A stretch of 63,286 nucleotides of DNA, counting the filler, from Sluysia triapertura (taxonomy: Eukaryota): NCBI GenBank assembly GCA_046118255.1. It is 5 parts of 5 records of this genome, joined end to end, with 100 filler letters (N's around TTAATTAATTAA, not from the genome) between each part and the next. Parts side by side here need not be neighbours in the genome. Positions count along the whole stretch, not along the records: positions 12,404 to 24,827 come from JBJNIA010110979.1; positions 24,928 to 35,923 come from JBJNIA010190352.1; 3 more parts are not named here. The stretch is one strand, 5' to 3'. Shown here piece by piece: positions 13,015 to 25,592 of this stretch. The notes under the pieces were generated by a model. The model was not told the origin of the DNA, ran no database searches, and saw only the letters and a list, made by a program, of their open reading frames with translations. Position 1 is the first letter of the stretch. Each line of letters starts with the position of its first letter. The position numbers and the translations under genes are program-made.

Positions 13015-13975
13015 CCATCACAACCCTACAAAATAATTCTAAGACGACATAATAGCACCTTAAAATTATTTAAAATCACGAAAAAATTATCTAAAATCAT
13101 AAAAAAATATAATAAAATCAATTGAAATTAATGAAAAAACATTTATTTTCCAAAAAAGAAAATTATTTTCCAAAAAGGAAATTTATTTTCCAAAAAGAAA
13201 ATCATTTTCCAAAAACGAAATTATTTTTTCTAGAAAAGAAAATAAAAATTCTAGAAAAGAAAACTAGCTTCTATAAATAGCATAGAAGCATCTAGAATGT
13301 TCTAGAACATTCCGTCGATTTTCATTGGATGGTAACTAGTATATAAACTAGCATCAATACAATGAAAATCGTCATTTTGAAATAACTAATCATTTTTAAC
13401 AATTAGTCATTTGCAGCTATCAGTCGATTATTCCTTCTTCGTTGATTCGGACAATATAATTTTGGAATTAATATTACCGTTCCATGAACCAAGTAATTTG
13501 TTTTGTTTAGGTTTAATATTAATTTCGTTCAAGGAGATTAATATTTTAACATTTACTAAAAATCTATCCAAAAGAGTTTAATTTTTTAAGGTTCCCGATA
13601 TTTTGAGGGGTAAAATACATGTAAATTATCATTGTAAAATATTAAAGACTGTTGACAGTTTTAATATTAAAATTAAATAATTATTTTGTTTTTATTCTAT
13701 CCTAATTTCTTATTATATTATTTAAATTGTGAATTTTGTGTTTTCATTTTGTTAATAAACTTTAGTAGTCTTTTGTAAATTCTTTGAAGAATTAAACGAC
13801 CCTCTTAAGATTAAATTAAAAGTTTTGTTGATTTAATTCGTTTAACTTATTTGTTGCATAGGTGCCTTCTTTAAGACGTAATCCGCTTGCTGCAACCGAA
13901 CCCTGCTCGATTTTCTATTTTGCCGTAGGATTCACGTTAATTTTAATAAAAATTACAGCATATTTATTAGTATTA
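13015..13975 (+). repeat. ~1-kb LTR-like repeat, copy 1 (inverted copy at ~14840-15708)
   Basis: Blocks shared with the reverse complement of 14840-15708 include ATCACAACCC, TTTTCCAAAAAGAAA subrepeats, GCTTCTATAAATAG..HSE..TTTTCATTGG..ATAAACTAGCATCA..ATGAAAATCG and GGTGCC..CGCTT.CTG.A.CCG.ACC.TGCT..CCGTAGG. Confidence 0.8.
13284..13347 (+). promoter_or_regulatory. Heat-shock element array + CCAAT box + TATA box
   Basis: aGAAg-cATCt-aGAAt-gTTCt-aGAAc-aTTCc at 13284-13313, ATTGG at 13324 and TATATAAA at 13340. Confidence 0.65.
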
Positions 13976-14839
13976 TTATTTAAACAGCAGTACATTAATT
14001 GTTTCTATATTTTAAAATTAATAATCTTTTTTATTATTATTTGATTTAATATCGTTTATTTTGTGTTATTTGTAAATAATTTATTCTCGGTAAATTGATT
14101 TAAAGTCAAGCAATATCTTTAATAATAAAACAATCACATAAAATAAAATATAGTCTATGAATTTTTATATTAGTAATTATTATATATAACGGATTGATGA
14201 ACAATTAAATTATCAATGAGATAAAAATATACCGTTCCATTCATTGTATAAATCTTAAATTATTTTCTGTATCACATTAGCTTTTGTCACGAAATAATTT
14301 CACTATTTCCTACAATTCGAAAATATTTAAAATTATATTGATTTTGACGGTTTGTTAATTACATGATAAAAATTCAATGAATAAATTCTACTTAATTTGT
14401 TAATATTAGCACTATAAACTTTATTAAAAACATATTTAAAATATACTTAGCTAACTCTTAGCTAAGATCTAAACTAGATTTGAAAAATAAAATAATAATA
14501 ATTGTATTAAACAAATATAATAATGCATTTGTTGTGTTTTTCTTAACTTTTAACATAAGGCAAAATAAAATTGACCAGAGTTCTGTTACAGAAAATGACT
14601 TTTGACGTAGAATGGGCGTTTCTGCAATTATATATTGACAATTCGTCTTTCGATTTCTTATTCTTTCAGTTTATATGATGCGACCTAACTTATGTATTTT
14701 ACATTGATAATATCTTTGTTTTTAGAGGGTCATATTTGAAAAGCTCGAATGATTTATTTTAATGAATCTAATCTCAAATTAATATCAACAAATCTTAATA
14801 CTCCAAATTTTATTAAACTACAAGAAAATAAGTTGAAAT

Positions 14840-15708
14840 ACAAATAACAATAAAACAATACAGGTGCTGTGGTTTTCCATAATGCTAAACCTACGGTAAA
14901 ATAAAATTAAGCATGGTCCGGCTACAGTAAGCGTCTTGCAACAAATAGTTGGCACCGCTGTAACTAAGAAAATTAAAATCGTACTAAAACCTCTAAAGAA
15001 AGTCACTTATAACACCTTTTTATTATGAGGGTCTTACACCGATTTATCAATGAATAAATAACAATGATTAAATTTTATTATTATTATCAAAATAAACATA
15101 AATTTAATAATATAATATGAATAATATAATTTATAATCAAAATTTCTAAAAATATTTGATTTAAATTAAAAGTTTAGTAATCTAAAATTCCTCTCATTAT
15201 ATCGAGGATGAAAAACAATTAGAGTTAGATTTTGATATTTTTATCTTCTCCGGGAAGATAAAAATACCTTATAAAAAAGAAATTACCGTAGATATGGATA
15301 AGATAGAATTTCCAAAATCCAGATAATGTGGATGAACTAAATACCAAGATAGAGTCAATGAATAATTTGATGCTAATTGCAAAAGCGCCGATTAATGATT
15401 GAATAAAATTAAAATGGCGACTGAATGAAATTAAACGGTTGAATTAACTGGTTGATTAAATATCGATTTTCATTAAAATGATGCTAGTTTATATTTTCCA
15501 TCAGCCAATGAAAATAGATGGAGTGTTCCAGAATATTCTAGAAGCTTCTATTCTATTTATAGAAGCAAATTTTCATTTTTAGAATTCTTATTTTCTTTTT
15601 TGGAAAATAAGATTTTTTTTGGATATGTGGAAAATCTAAAATATTTTTTAAATGATTTAAAGGAAATTTTAATAATATTTTTCATAATTTTAAGGGGTTG
15701 TGATAATG
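14840..15708 (-). repeat. LTR-like repeat, copy 2 (inverted), with HSE at 15520-15549
   Basis: Minus strand aGAAg-cTTCt-aGAAt-aTTCt-gGAAc-aCTCc, then ATTGG and ATATAAA in the same order as copy 1. Confidence 0.8.
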
Positions 15709-18700
15709 AATTTAGTATCAGTTTAGTATCATAAATCTTAATCAATACATTTTAATTACAAATTATTACCCTCATTAAATCAGGTTGGAAAAAGTTAAAT
15801 AAATGATTTTACGTAATATTTCACTATTACAATTTTTTACATTAAAAATTACTTATATCAAATCAAGTTACTATGTACACAATAATTTGCCTTATAACTA
15901 TTTATTTTGAGTTATCACTTTGACAATTATTCGATCAGTTGTTGAATTACAATACAAATTTGATTATAATTTCTACTTTGACTATATTGTAGATGTAGTT
16001 TCTCGATAAATTTGTAACTTAACTTTCACCACTTTCACTGTGGTCAAAATACTACTCAAGCTCTTATTTTATTCATTTTCTGGTACCACTTTAAAAAGGT
16101 ACTTAAATTCTTTAAAGTCATAAAGAAACTTTAAAACTGTAAAATCATAGATGGTTTTTTCTTTTATTTTTTTATAATTTTCATATAATTTGTGTGATAC
16201 TGAAATCATTCTAAGAAAATCCCCAAAACTATAATAATCAGTGCACAATATGCTGTCCATTTACATAAGGACTAAGATTAAAGAAAATATTAACTTATAT
16301 AGTTTTAATACTTTAAAATAAGTCAATTTTATTATTTTGTAAGTCATTTCAAACGAATTCAAATTATTAGTTCAGGTCCTATTTTAAAGAAGGATTTAAA
16401 ATCACTTGATGAATTAATATAGTTATTGATAGAAATCCAATCGATAAAGAGTTATACACTCCATAATAATTGAGCATATTGAATGCCCTTATCTTAGCCA
16501 TTATTGCGAAAATGAAGATTAAAGATTAGTAAGCGTAATCGTACATTTGACCTCCATAAGTTACTTAGCTGTCTTATACTAAAATCCTGTGGACGAGAAC
16601 TCACTAATAAATTTTAAGAAACAAATTGCATAAAGAACCACAATATAATATCTTTGACTTATATAAATAACTTTCACAAAACCATGTAAATGTTCAGTCA
16701 TCCTCACATAATAATGTATAAGCCGTCTGAAACCATTAGCCATATTTTCAGCCAAATGTAAATTGTTAATATTAAAATATATTTTATAAATAATAAAACT
16801 ATTTTATAAAATTAATTAAATTCAAAAAACATAAATTATTTTATATTATCATGATTGTACTTAAAATGCTAAATTTTATAATTAGTGAGAAACTTACTTG
16901 ATTTCAATCTTACAAATGCTTATAACTTTTATAATAACGTAAAATTTATTAGTAGACAAATTAAGAACTTTCGCTGTATCTTAATAATGTGAACTAAAAG
17001 ATAAATTTTCATATACATTTGTTTTCTAAAATTATCTTCATGAATTTTCTATCAGTTAAATCAGATTATTGTTCCTATTCGAATGATATCAAATAACCTT
17101 TACTTACAAAAGAAATTCATATCGCTTTTAAAATTAATCTTTGATTTTGAGGATGCAAGTACTTTTAATTTGTGTCTGATGAAAAATTATTTAACGAAAT
17201 AAAGTTTCAAATAATGAAATTGATCACATAATTTATAGTTTATAAGTATCATGAAATTCACTGTTTTAATTTACATATACATTAAAAGGAAACGTAATTT
17301 TATGAATCAGTTTTGTTTTGATATTTTGTTTAAAATATTGTTTTAAAATTTTATTGAAAAATTCTTTCTTTTTTGAATTTTAATTTTTTTTAAAATTTCA
17401 TCTCGTAAAAACTAAATTATTTTTAATTAATTAGCACGATAAGCAGATTTGAGATATAATTTCACTTTGTTTTAGCAACGATTCAATAAGCAAGTTCAGA
17501 TCGTTTTTATAAATAATTTTCAATGTTATAATCAATGGCTCATAAATGGCAACCTTGTCAGTTAAAGGATTACAAAAATTATATATAATCACATTATTAT
17601 TATTATTATTATTATTATTGTGGAAATTTTTCTTAAAGCCTATAGAATAAAGTAAAACTTTTACGTGAGTTCACCAACGTACTAGGCTTACCAATTAGGG
17701 CTAACCGTTGGATTTTTGCAATTGAAAATAAATATTAGTATAAAGATTAAATAAATATTTGTATGCTTAAATAAATATTAAAAATATAATTATTAATAAT
17801 AAATGAATAAAAGTCATGAATGTTTAGCCATATATAATAACTGAATGTTTTATGAAACATGAATGTTAAAAAATTATAATTGAACAGTTAGCCATTGTCA
17901 ATTCTGAAATTAATTGAATGAATAATGAATGGTATACTGACAAAAAATTGATATGTAAGATGTATAAATAGTAGTTATGAATATTATGCAAATTTTAGTA
18001 TAGCAGTTAATAATTTTAAATTGTAATTAGTAATTAAGAAATTTATATGTAAAATTTGTTTATAATAATAAATTAATTTAAATAATAAATTATGTATAAA
18101 ATTTTGTAAGTAATAAATTAATTTTATTTAATAAATGCAGGAAAAAATAATTTTTTGTATATTACTACATATTAAAAATAGTATAAAAACAATAAAATAG
18201 AATTTCATGCACAAAAAAGTAAATTGTTTGATTGATTATTAGACAATCTAGACAATTTTGGTTTTAGTAATCATTTCATAAATTTATTGATCAATCTGTC
18301 AAACGATTTTGAATGTTAGGTATCTATATTAATAAATCGTATTCGGCAAAGGAATTCAATATTATCTGACAGTCTAATTTTTAGAAATCTTTTCATAAAG
18401 AATCGAGCCATTCCGAATTACCAATCGATTTCTAAACCTGGAATTTGAAAAATTATATTGAGATTTTAATTTTGATTTTTCCAAGTAAGTCTTCTTCATC
18501 TATTAAAATATAAATTCAACTTTATCGTTAAAAAATTAAAGCAATTAAGAAAATATTTTTATTTAATGTTTGTTATCGTGCATGATTTAAAGTATAATTT
18601 TTATTGGTCATATTAATAAATATTTGATTCAGTGAAATTTTTAATTATTTGTGACTAAAGGTTAAAATAATAAATTTTAAAATAAAATTTAAAATAATAC

Positions 18701-20671
18701 TTTATAGTTTTATAACTAGCACTTCTATCTTTAAGAACAGAGGCGAGTAATGAACTCATTCTCCAAATTAGACTTAGGAAAAAGTATTTAGTATTAAAAA
18801 TTGTTAGATCAAATATTGTACAAATTAAGTAAAATGTTATTATAAAGTTACAAGAGATAATTTAATTTTAAGTTAAAATTAATTCGCAAAAAGTAAACGA
18901 ATTAGATAGATACTTATTTGATTAATAGTTAAACTTTAAAGTTCGATCATTAAAAGAGTTATAAAGAATAAACACTTAGAAATTTAAAGAATATAAAGTA
19001 TATAAAAAAATATAAAGTTAAAACTTACGATAGCTATAAATAATTAAAATATTTCTATAAAAGTTACAAGTTTTACGAGAAATAACAAAATTTTATAAAG
19101 TTTATTCATTATACACAAAAGTTGAAGAGTTATAAATCAGGCATTTACGTAATGTTGGAAGTTATTTTACATTTGTGTAAAAGTGTAAAATTTTAACATT
19201 ACAAAAGAATAAAAATTAACTTTTAATAACCCAAAATAAAAACATTTTTTACTTTAAAACACTTTCACACTTTAAACATGTTTATAATTTTTAATGTCGA
19301 ATTTATATTATTGTAATTTGATAATAATTTTTAGTATTAACCATAAACTTATAAAATTCAAAATCCTCTCTAGAAGAGAATATGTACAATTCATGAAATT
19401 TTTATTGACAAACAATAATATTACTAATAGTCTGTTTAGTGTATTTGTATATTTAGTATTTTGACTTCTATTTGTTTACATATTTAGTATAATTTATCAT
19501 GTTTCTCAGTACAATGTTAACTTTTCTTTTTTAAATAACCATTTTAGTTTGGTTACTAAATGATTTTCTGTAAAATGTAATTGAATGAATTTCTAGTTTC
19601 ACCATTTAATATTGACAAAGAAATGATTAATAAAAATATATCTTGCAAAAAAAATATACTTTACTAAACGTATATATTTTATCAAATAAATTTAATTTTG
19701 ATAATATGATATTCAATCATAAGACATTAAAGTATCAAATCTCCGGTATTCTGACTAAAATAAATCTGAGCTTGAATCTAGTACATAAAATTGAAATAAA
19801 TAAAATAGCTATCAACAACCCTAGAAATAAAACTCTAATAAATGTTAGGTCATCAATAATTTCGATGTAGGTGTGATATTTCTAACAGATAATCTGTTTC
19901 CAGTTAAACTCATCTTGACAATTAAATGATCATACAGTCAAATGATAAGATAATAGTTCCAACCAGATTTATTATAAAAAGGTTGTTGATTTATATGATT
20001 CAGATAGTGATGGATACCATTTTATGAAATGTGAGTTTTGAAATGGAATCGTGTGATATACCTTTATTATACGAACTTTAGAAAAGAATTGAAACATATT
20101 AAATGAAGAGTTTACACTTCAATCTCGTGTGTTATTTGGTTCATAGAAGGTTTTTAACGGAATTAGCATATAATTATTCGAAATTTTATTTTATTTATAA
20201 TTTTTTGTAATTTTAAATGATACCAGATTATAATTTTCCTTAACATTATTAGAAACATGATATCCTTGTAAATTATTTCACATATTTTATATTTATTTCA
20301 CACGGATTTTGTTGTCAGAGTGATAATGTCGGCTCATGATTATTTCAATATGAATACTGACTCTGACAATTTTATTATTTATTAAGTCTTTATCTATTAT
20401 TTTGTAAGTAATCTCGCACAATTATTAAAAGTTTTTGGGAAGTGAATTACCCTAAACACAAAATAACAATAAAAATTGATATATATAAAATAATTAACTT
20501 GCATGATGTTAACGCTCAAAATGTTACTAAAAATAACACTTGGTAATTTCTTCCTCTGGCCCCTTCTTCACTTCAAGATCATCACATAGGAATTGTAATT
20601 ATTGACGTAAACTCAAGCATCTCGTATATCGATTCTATAATTGTCTAACTCGACTTCAGACTCATTAAATA

Positions 20672-20779
20672 TGTTGGGGTAAAAAGGCCTAAATTGCCAT
20701 TTGGTAAAATTGAATATAATAATAAAATGGAATGACGGACTGATAGCTCAGTGGTCAGTCCATTTTATGAAGTCTAACA
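20672..20779 (+). mobile_element. tRNA-LTR element, copy C: solo LTR with internal deletion
   Basis: AATA|TGTTGGGGTAAAAAGGCCTAAA...GGACTGATAGCTCAGTGGTCAGTCCATTTTATGAAGTCTAACA|AATA, with a 4-bp TSD of AATA. Confidence 0.85.
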
Positions 20780-22796
20780 AATAGTACATCACAATTATTG
20801 GTTATACGTATTATGTTAAAGTTAGTATCAACTACCTTTACTTCATGATTATTTATATGTGAATCAGCATTAATTAACATTGCTTGATTAACATTACGTT
20901 TAAATAAAGATTATGCAACTTTACTTCAAGACTATTTACATCAAATTAATTCATGATCATTAACATTAAGCTTAGCATCATTTAAATTGCTTTCACGAAT
21001 ATTCACATTAACATAAGCATCATCTAAAGTGACTTCACTGAAAGTCATCTAAATTAACTTCATGAATATTTACATTAAAATGAGAATCATATAAATTGAC
21101 TTCAGTGATATGAACATCATTGAAATGAACATCATCTAAATTATCTTCACGATCGTTTATGTTAAATAGATATCTGTTTAAATATGACTTGAAACGATGC
21201 ATTAATATCAGTATCAAAAAATTAAATTTTGGTATTCTAAAATTTTTTTGACTACTTGTAAACGTTTATTTTTATTTATTTTATTTTATTGGCATGTATG
21301 CTTGTACACAAAATTTCTGCTAAATATCTAATAAAATGTATTGGCACTGAGGTAGCCAAATCACATTTGATTGGATTCCAACGTTAAATTATCAAAGACA
21401 TACAGCCTAAATTTAGTTCTATGTCAATTAAAATTAAATTATTATTATTGTTGTTAAAATAAATATTACTATTATTATTATTATTGAAGTATTTCTTAAG
21501 TATTTAAATAATTTTCTGTGAATTCTCGATTTAATAAACATTCACGATTTAAGTGATATGAAAACGTTTTCGGTAACAAAGTGAATGAAGTAGAAATATA
21601 TTCTTTATGTTGCGCAAAATTTGTATTAACGCACTTTATACATCCAATGCATTTATGCTTTCGTCCGACTTCTAAAACATTGTGATAAAACGGATGATCA
21701 GATTCAATCATATTCTTAGGTGCAGATATTTTTAGTCTCACAAAAATCAATACTATTTGGCAAAGATTCTTTAATTTTAATTTTTGTCCTGAAAAACAAA
21801 ATGTATCATTGAAACTAATTATTTATCGCTAATTATTTTGATCGGAATTAAAGTGTTTATTTAAATGTACTAAAAGTTGACTCTATTTTCGAAAACTTAC
21901 TTATTGCTTCCATTCACTTTTTTAACAAATTGATTAATTGATGAGTATTATTATTCAGTTTATTTATATCGTTCAACTCTTCTTCAGTTTTTAGTGCACT
22001 CTTCAGAATCCAAGCTTAAACAAAAGCCATTAATAAATAACAGAAAACAAAATTAATACTACAAGAATTTTTATTCACAATCATTTTATTATTCAATCAT
22101 TCGCGTTTTCTAATTTCTGACGACCTAACTTTCCGGGTTCCTGCGTTAAAATTTTAGTATATAATTTATTAATTGCACAACATATAAAAAAGTGAAGTAG
22201 GAATTTCGTTATCACGTTTATTATTGCTTTTCTTAGATTACGTTAAAAGTTGCATGATTTTAGGTGTTAATTTATTTGTATAAATGTTAAAATTCTAAAG
22301 CACTACTTCATCTTCACAAATCAGGTACAGGCCGCAAAGCACTCAATGCAATTTTGCTTTGTTATAACTTGATTTGACTGCTGTCATTACTCTTGTCATT
22401 ATTGTCTTCAGTGATGCAATTGTTATTATTACTATTAAGCTTAGCAATGTATGACAAATGCTTTAAAATATATTTAATGAATATTTTAGTATTGTCCAAT
22501 CTATACTTATCATTATGACTATTATTATTATCATCAATACCTAGATATTTCGTAAAATGCGTCGAGCGAAACTATTACGAAGGGTTATCGAAAGAAAAAT
22601 CCAATAGTGGTAGCAAAGGATTCATAAATTAAAACGAACTCATGATATTTTACTAAATCTAGTTGAAAGAGTGAAATATAACTCTAAAGAAATCCAGAAT
22701 TATGCAAAAATGTTAAATAATGCCAAATATGTTTATAGGCTTAAATCGTTAAAATATACAATCTCCTAATGCGCCCAGCTGTTAATTCGCCTAATT

Positions 22797-22875
22797 TAGG
22801 GATAGCGAACCTTTTTTAATGTCTGTGCCACAAAGTCAAAAAAAATTCTTTTTTAAATAGGTAACGTGCCACAAT
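22797..22875 (+). mobile_element. hAT-type left-end remnant
   Basis: TAGGGATAGCGAACCTTTT followed by repeated GTGCCACA subterminal motifs. Confidence 0.4.
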
Positions 22876-23287
22876 AAAATTTCATTCGAATTGTTCGCGT
22901 GGTGAAATTAAACGTAAGTATAATTAAATAAATAAATAAAAGCAATTCTTCTTTAAACAATTTTTTATTGATCAATGTTTTACAAAAAGTCGTGACGCAA
23001 TATGTACTTGCAAACGAATGTAGAATATAAAATATGAAGTAATATGTAAAAATATTTACCTAAAAATAACACTATATCTATTTACAATAAACGGTTATAT
23101 TTTTTAACAAGTCACTGAAGTTTCAAAGACGACGGTTTACTAAAAATAACTAATGCAGTATGTCGTCTGATTCGAGCGCTGCGACGGCAACAACGCGCAA
23201 TAACATTAAAAGGCGAAACTGGATATGCAAAAAATTTTATCTAATGCCTATATTTAAATACTTCGAGAGATATTTTAATATAAAATG

Positions 23288-23436
23288 TGTTGGGGTAAAA
23301 GGCTTAAAAAGTACCAAGTAGTATAATTGAATACATTAAAAATGAAATTGTTAGACGGGGCTGATAGCTCAGTGGTAGAGCATTTGCACTGCGCATCGAA
23401 GGTCTCGGGTTCGATCTCCGGTCAGTCCATTTAATG
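23288..23436 (+). mobile_element. tRNA-LTR element, copy D (3'-truncated), abutting the gag remnant
   Basis: Same TGTTGGGG...AGGC.TAAAAAGT.CCAAGTAGTATA leader as copy E. Contains a 72-nt tRNA-like unit at 23358-23429 with acceptor GGGCTGA/TCAGTCC-A, A box TAGCTCAGTGG and B box GGTTCGATCT. Confidence 0.85.
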
Positions 23437-24827
23437 AAATGTTAATATTCATTAACATTCGCGGTTCCATTTTTCTTTCCATTAATGCAATCTTTTTTAA
23501 TAGTTTTCTGGCTTTATATTGATGAGGGTTACTAGCTTCACTTAGTATAACCAAACTTGGTTTAATACTTTGCGCGTTAAACATATTTAAATCCAAATTC
23601 AAAATTTTGTCTAAGTTTCTATCAATTTCATCATCATTTTCCAATTCATTAAGGAATGTCTTTGTTTCCTCGATCAGTGTTGGTTCTGGAGTGTCTATTT
23701 CTCTTTGATCAACTATTTGTTTTTCTTCTCCATTACCCAATATAATCATCGAATCCAAATCCTCAAGTAGATCATTGACCAAAATTGATTCTTCGTTTAT
23801 AATATTGTTGTCTTTCTCCCATCTTTTAATAATTGCTTCAACCTTTTTCTTTCCTTCCTCTGTTTCTTGCGTATTTGATTTCTGTTGTTTTTCCGATACC
23901 TTCATTATTTTATTCTCATTCTCCATTTTTCGAAAAAAGTAATTGATGAATGTTTCATCTTGGATTTCTGGTTCTATTTTTGCTTTTCTTCTTTCTTCAC
24001 GCATATCCATACTATCTAATTTCGCTCTACGAAATTCACGTAACATTTCTTCCTCTTCATCTGTTAGTCTTCTTGGATGTTTTTTACAGCCAAAATCTTC
24101 ATAGTCTTCATCGTAATTGCAGTTAATTTGTCCTTTATCTTCGAATTTTACTTTTTTCGGAGAATTTTTTCTATTTCTATTAAAGTTTTGCTTGAAAGTT
24201 TCAGTTTTCAACTTATTACAGTTACGAGCATAATGTCCTGATTTGTTACAATTATGACATATTAATTCTCCTTCGGTGTTAGTCCTTGTCTTGTAATTGT
24301 TGTCGTTTGAGCGGGATGAACTTTTATTTCTATCAAAGTTATTTCTTTGTCCATCGTTCTTTGGCCATCTGGGAAAAGGTCGCTGTTCGTAATCTCTGGA
24401 GCCATTGTTTGAATAGTTTCTAGCGAATCCTCTTGTAGTCCTTGCATTTTGATAATTTCTCTCCGAATTTTGGTAATCTCTTGATGAATTTTGACTTCTA
24501 TTAACACTTTGATAATTCTTTCCTTTGGTTTTGATAGTTGTTTCTTGAATTATAACTGTTTAGACTTCTTTTATTTTCCATAGATTTATATGTTTCTAAA
24601 TCATTATCCTCAAAGTATTCTCTTGGTTTACCTTTTGGTGATTCACTCCTAATATTTTTAGCCTTATCTAAGTAATTTATATTGCCTTTTTCTTTTTGAG
24701 ACTTTTCCGTTTCCGTTTGTGACCTTTCTATTCCTCTTAATGTTTTTACAACTTCCTTAAATGGTTTATTATCTATTAAGCTTACAAATACTTGCAATTC
24801 AGGTCGTAAGCCATTCTTAAGTTTATC
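23430..24827 (-). mobile_element. gag: Ty3/Gypsy-type gag remnant with one frameshift
   Basis: Capsid-like KLKNGLRPELQ motif, a frameshift near 24520, an R/N/Q-rich region and zinc knuckle CHNCNKSGHYARNC (~24218-24259). The knuckle is in frame with the 280-aa acidic ORF 23369-24211. Confidence 0.85.
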
Positions 24828-24927
24828 NNNNNNNNNNNNNNNNNNNNNNNNNNNNNNNNNNNNNNNNNNNNTTAATTAATTAANNNNNNNNNNNNNNNNN
24901 NNNNNNNNNNNNNNNNNNNNNNNNNNN
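24828..24927. other. Artificial contig spacer
   Basis: 44 N + TTAATTAATTAA + 44 N. Confidence 0.97.
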
Positions 24928-25592
24928 TAAGATTTAATTTGTATAATTGTTATATAAAAATATATAGAGATTCAGTTTTATTTGATTTTTAGTTATTAAA
25001 GAGGAATATTAATAAACGAAGAAACACAACATATATATATATGCTAATTCTTTTTTTATGTCAGATAGTTGAGCAATTCCAACAGTTATATGATTTACTA
25101 ATGGTAAATCAGATGTTATATGATAAACTGCAATAATGGTGTAGTTTTTTTATACTACCAAGTTTGAAACAATAGTCGACAAAAAATTTTTATATAAAGA
25201 TGCACTAATACTTCTATAAAAAAAATTAAATTATTCGGGCATATTTTATAAATAAATATTACCAACACTGTTGATCCATGCACAAACTTGCATTTATAAA
25301 CTTAAATTTGTAGCAAAGCTAAATAAAAAGAAATTTTTTAGTGATAAATGAATTTTAAATAACTTTGTGAGATAATTTGTTAGTCCGAAAAATTTAATAA
25401 CTCACTTCCTTGTTTTATGTATTTTAAGTTTTTTTATATTTAAAAACGTTTTAATATTTCACATTTTAAGGATATTTAGATTTTAAAAGTTTTTATAAGC
25501 TTACAATATGACACTAATTTTAATTTTGTAGTCCTTACGTGCTTACCCTTTAATATATTTACACATTTATTTTTACTATTTTAATTTTAATT

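Noticed and set aside
13140-13262. CRISPR-like short repeats
   Set aside because: About 20-bp A/T-rich tandem units with no unique spacers and no cas genes, in a eukaryotic context.
23358-23429. Functional tRNA gene or simple tRNA-SINE
   Set aside because: The anticodon stem is defective, and homology between copies extends ~70 bp upstream of the tRNA to a TG end, unlike a SINE head.
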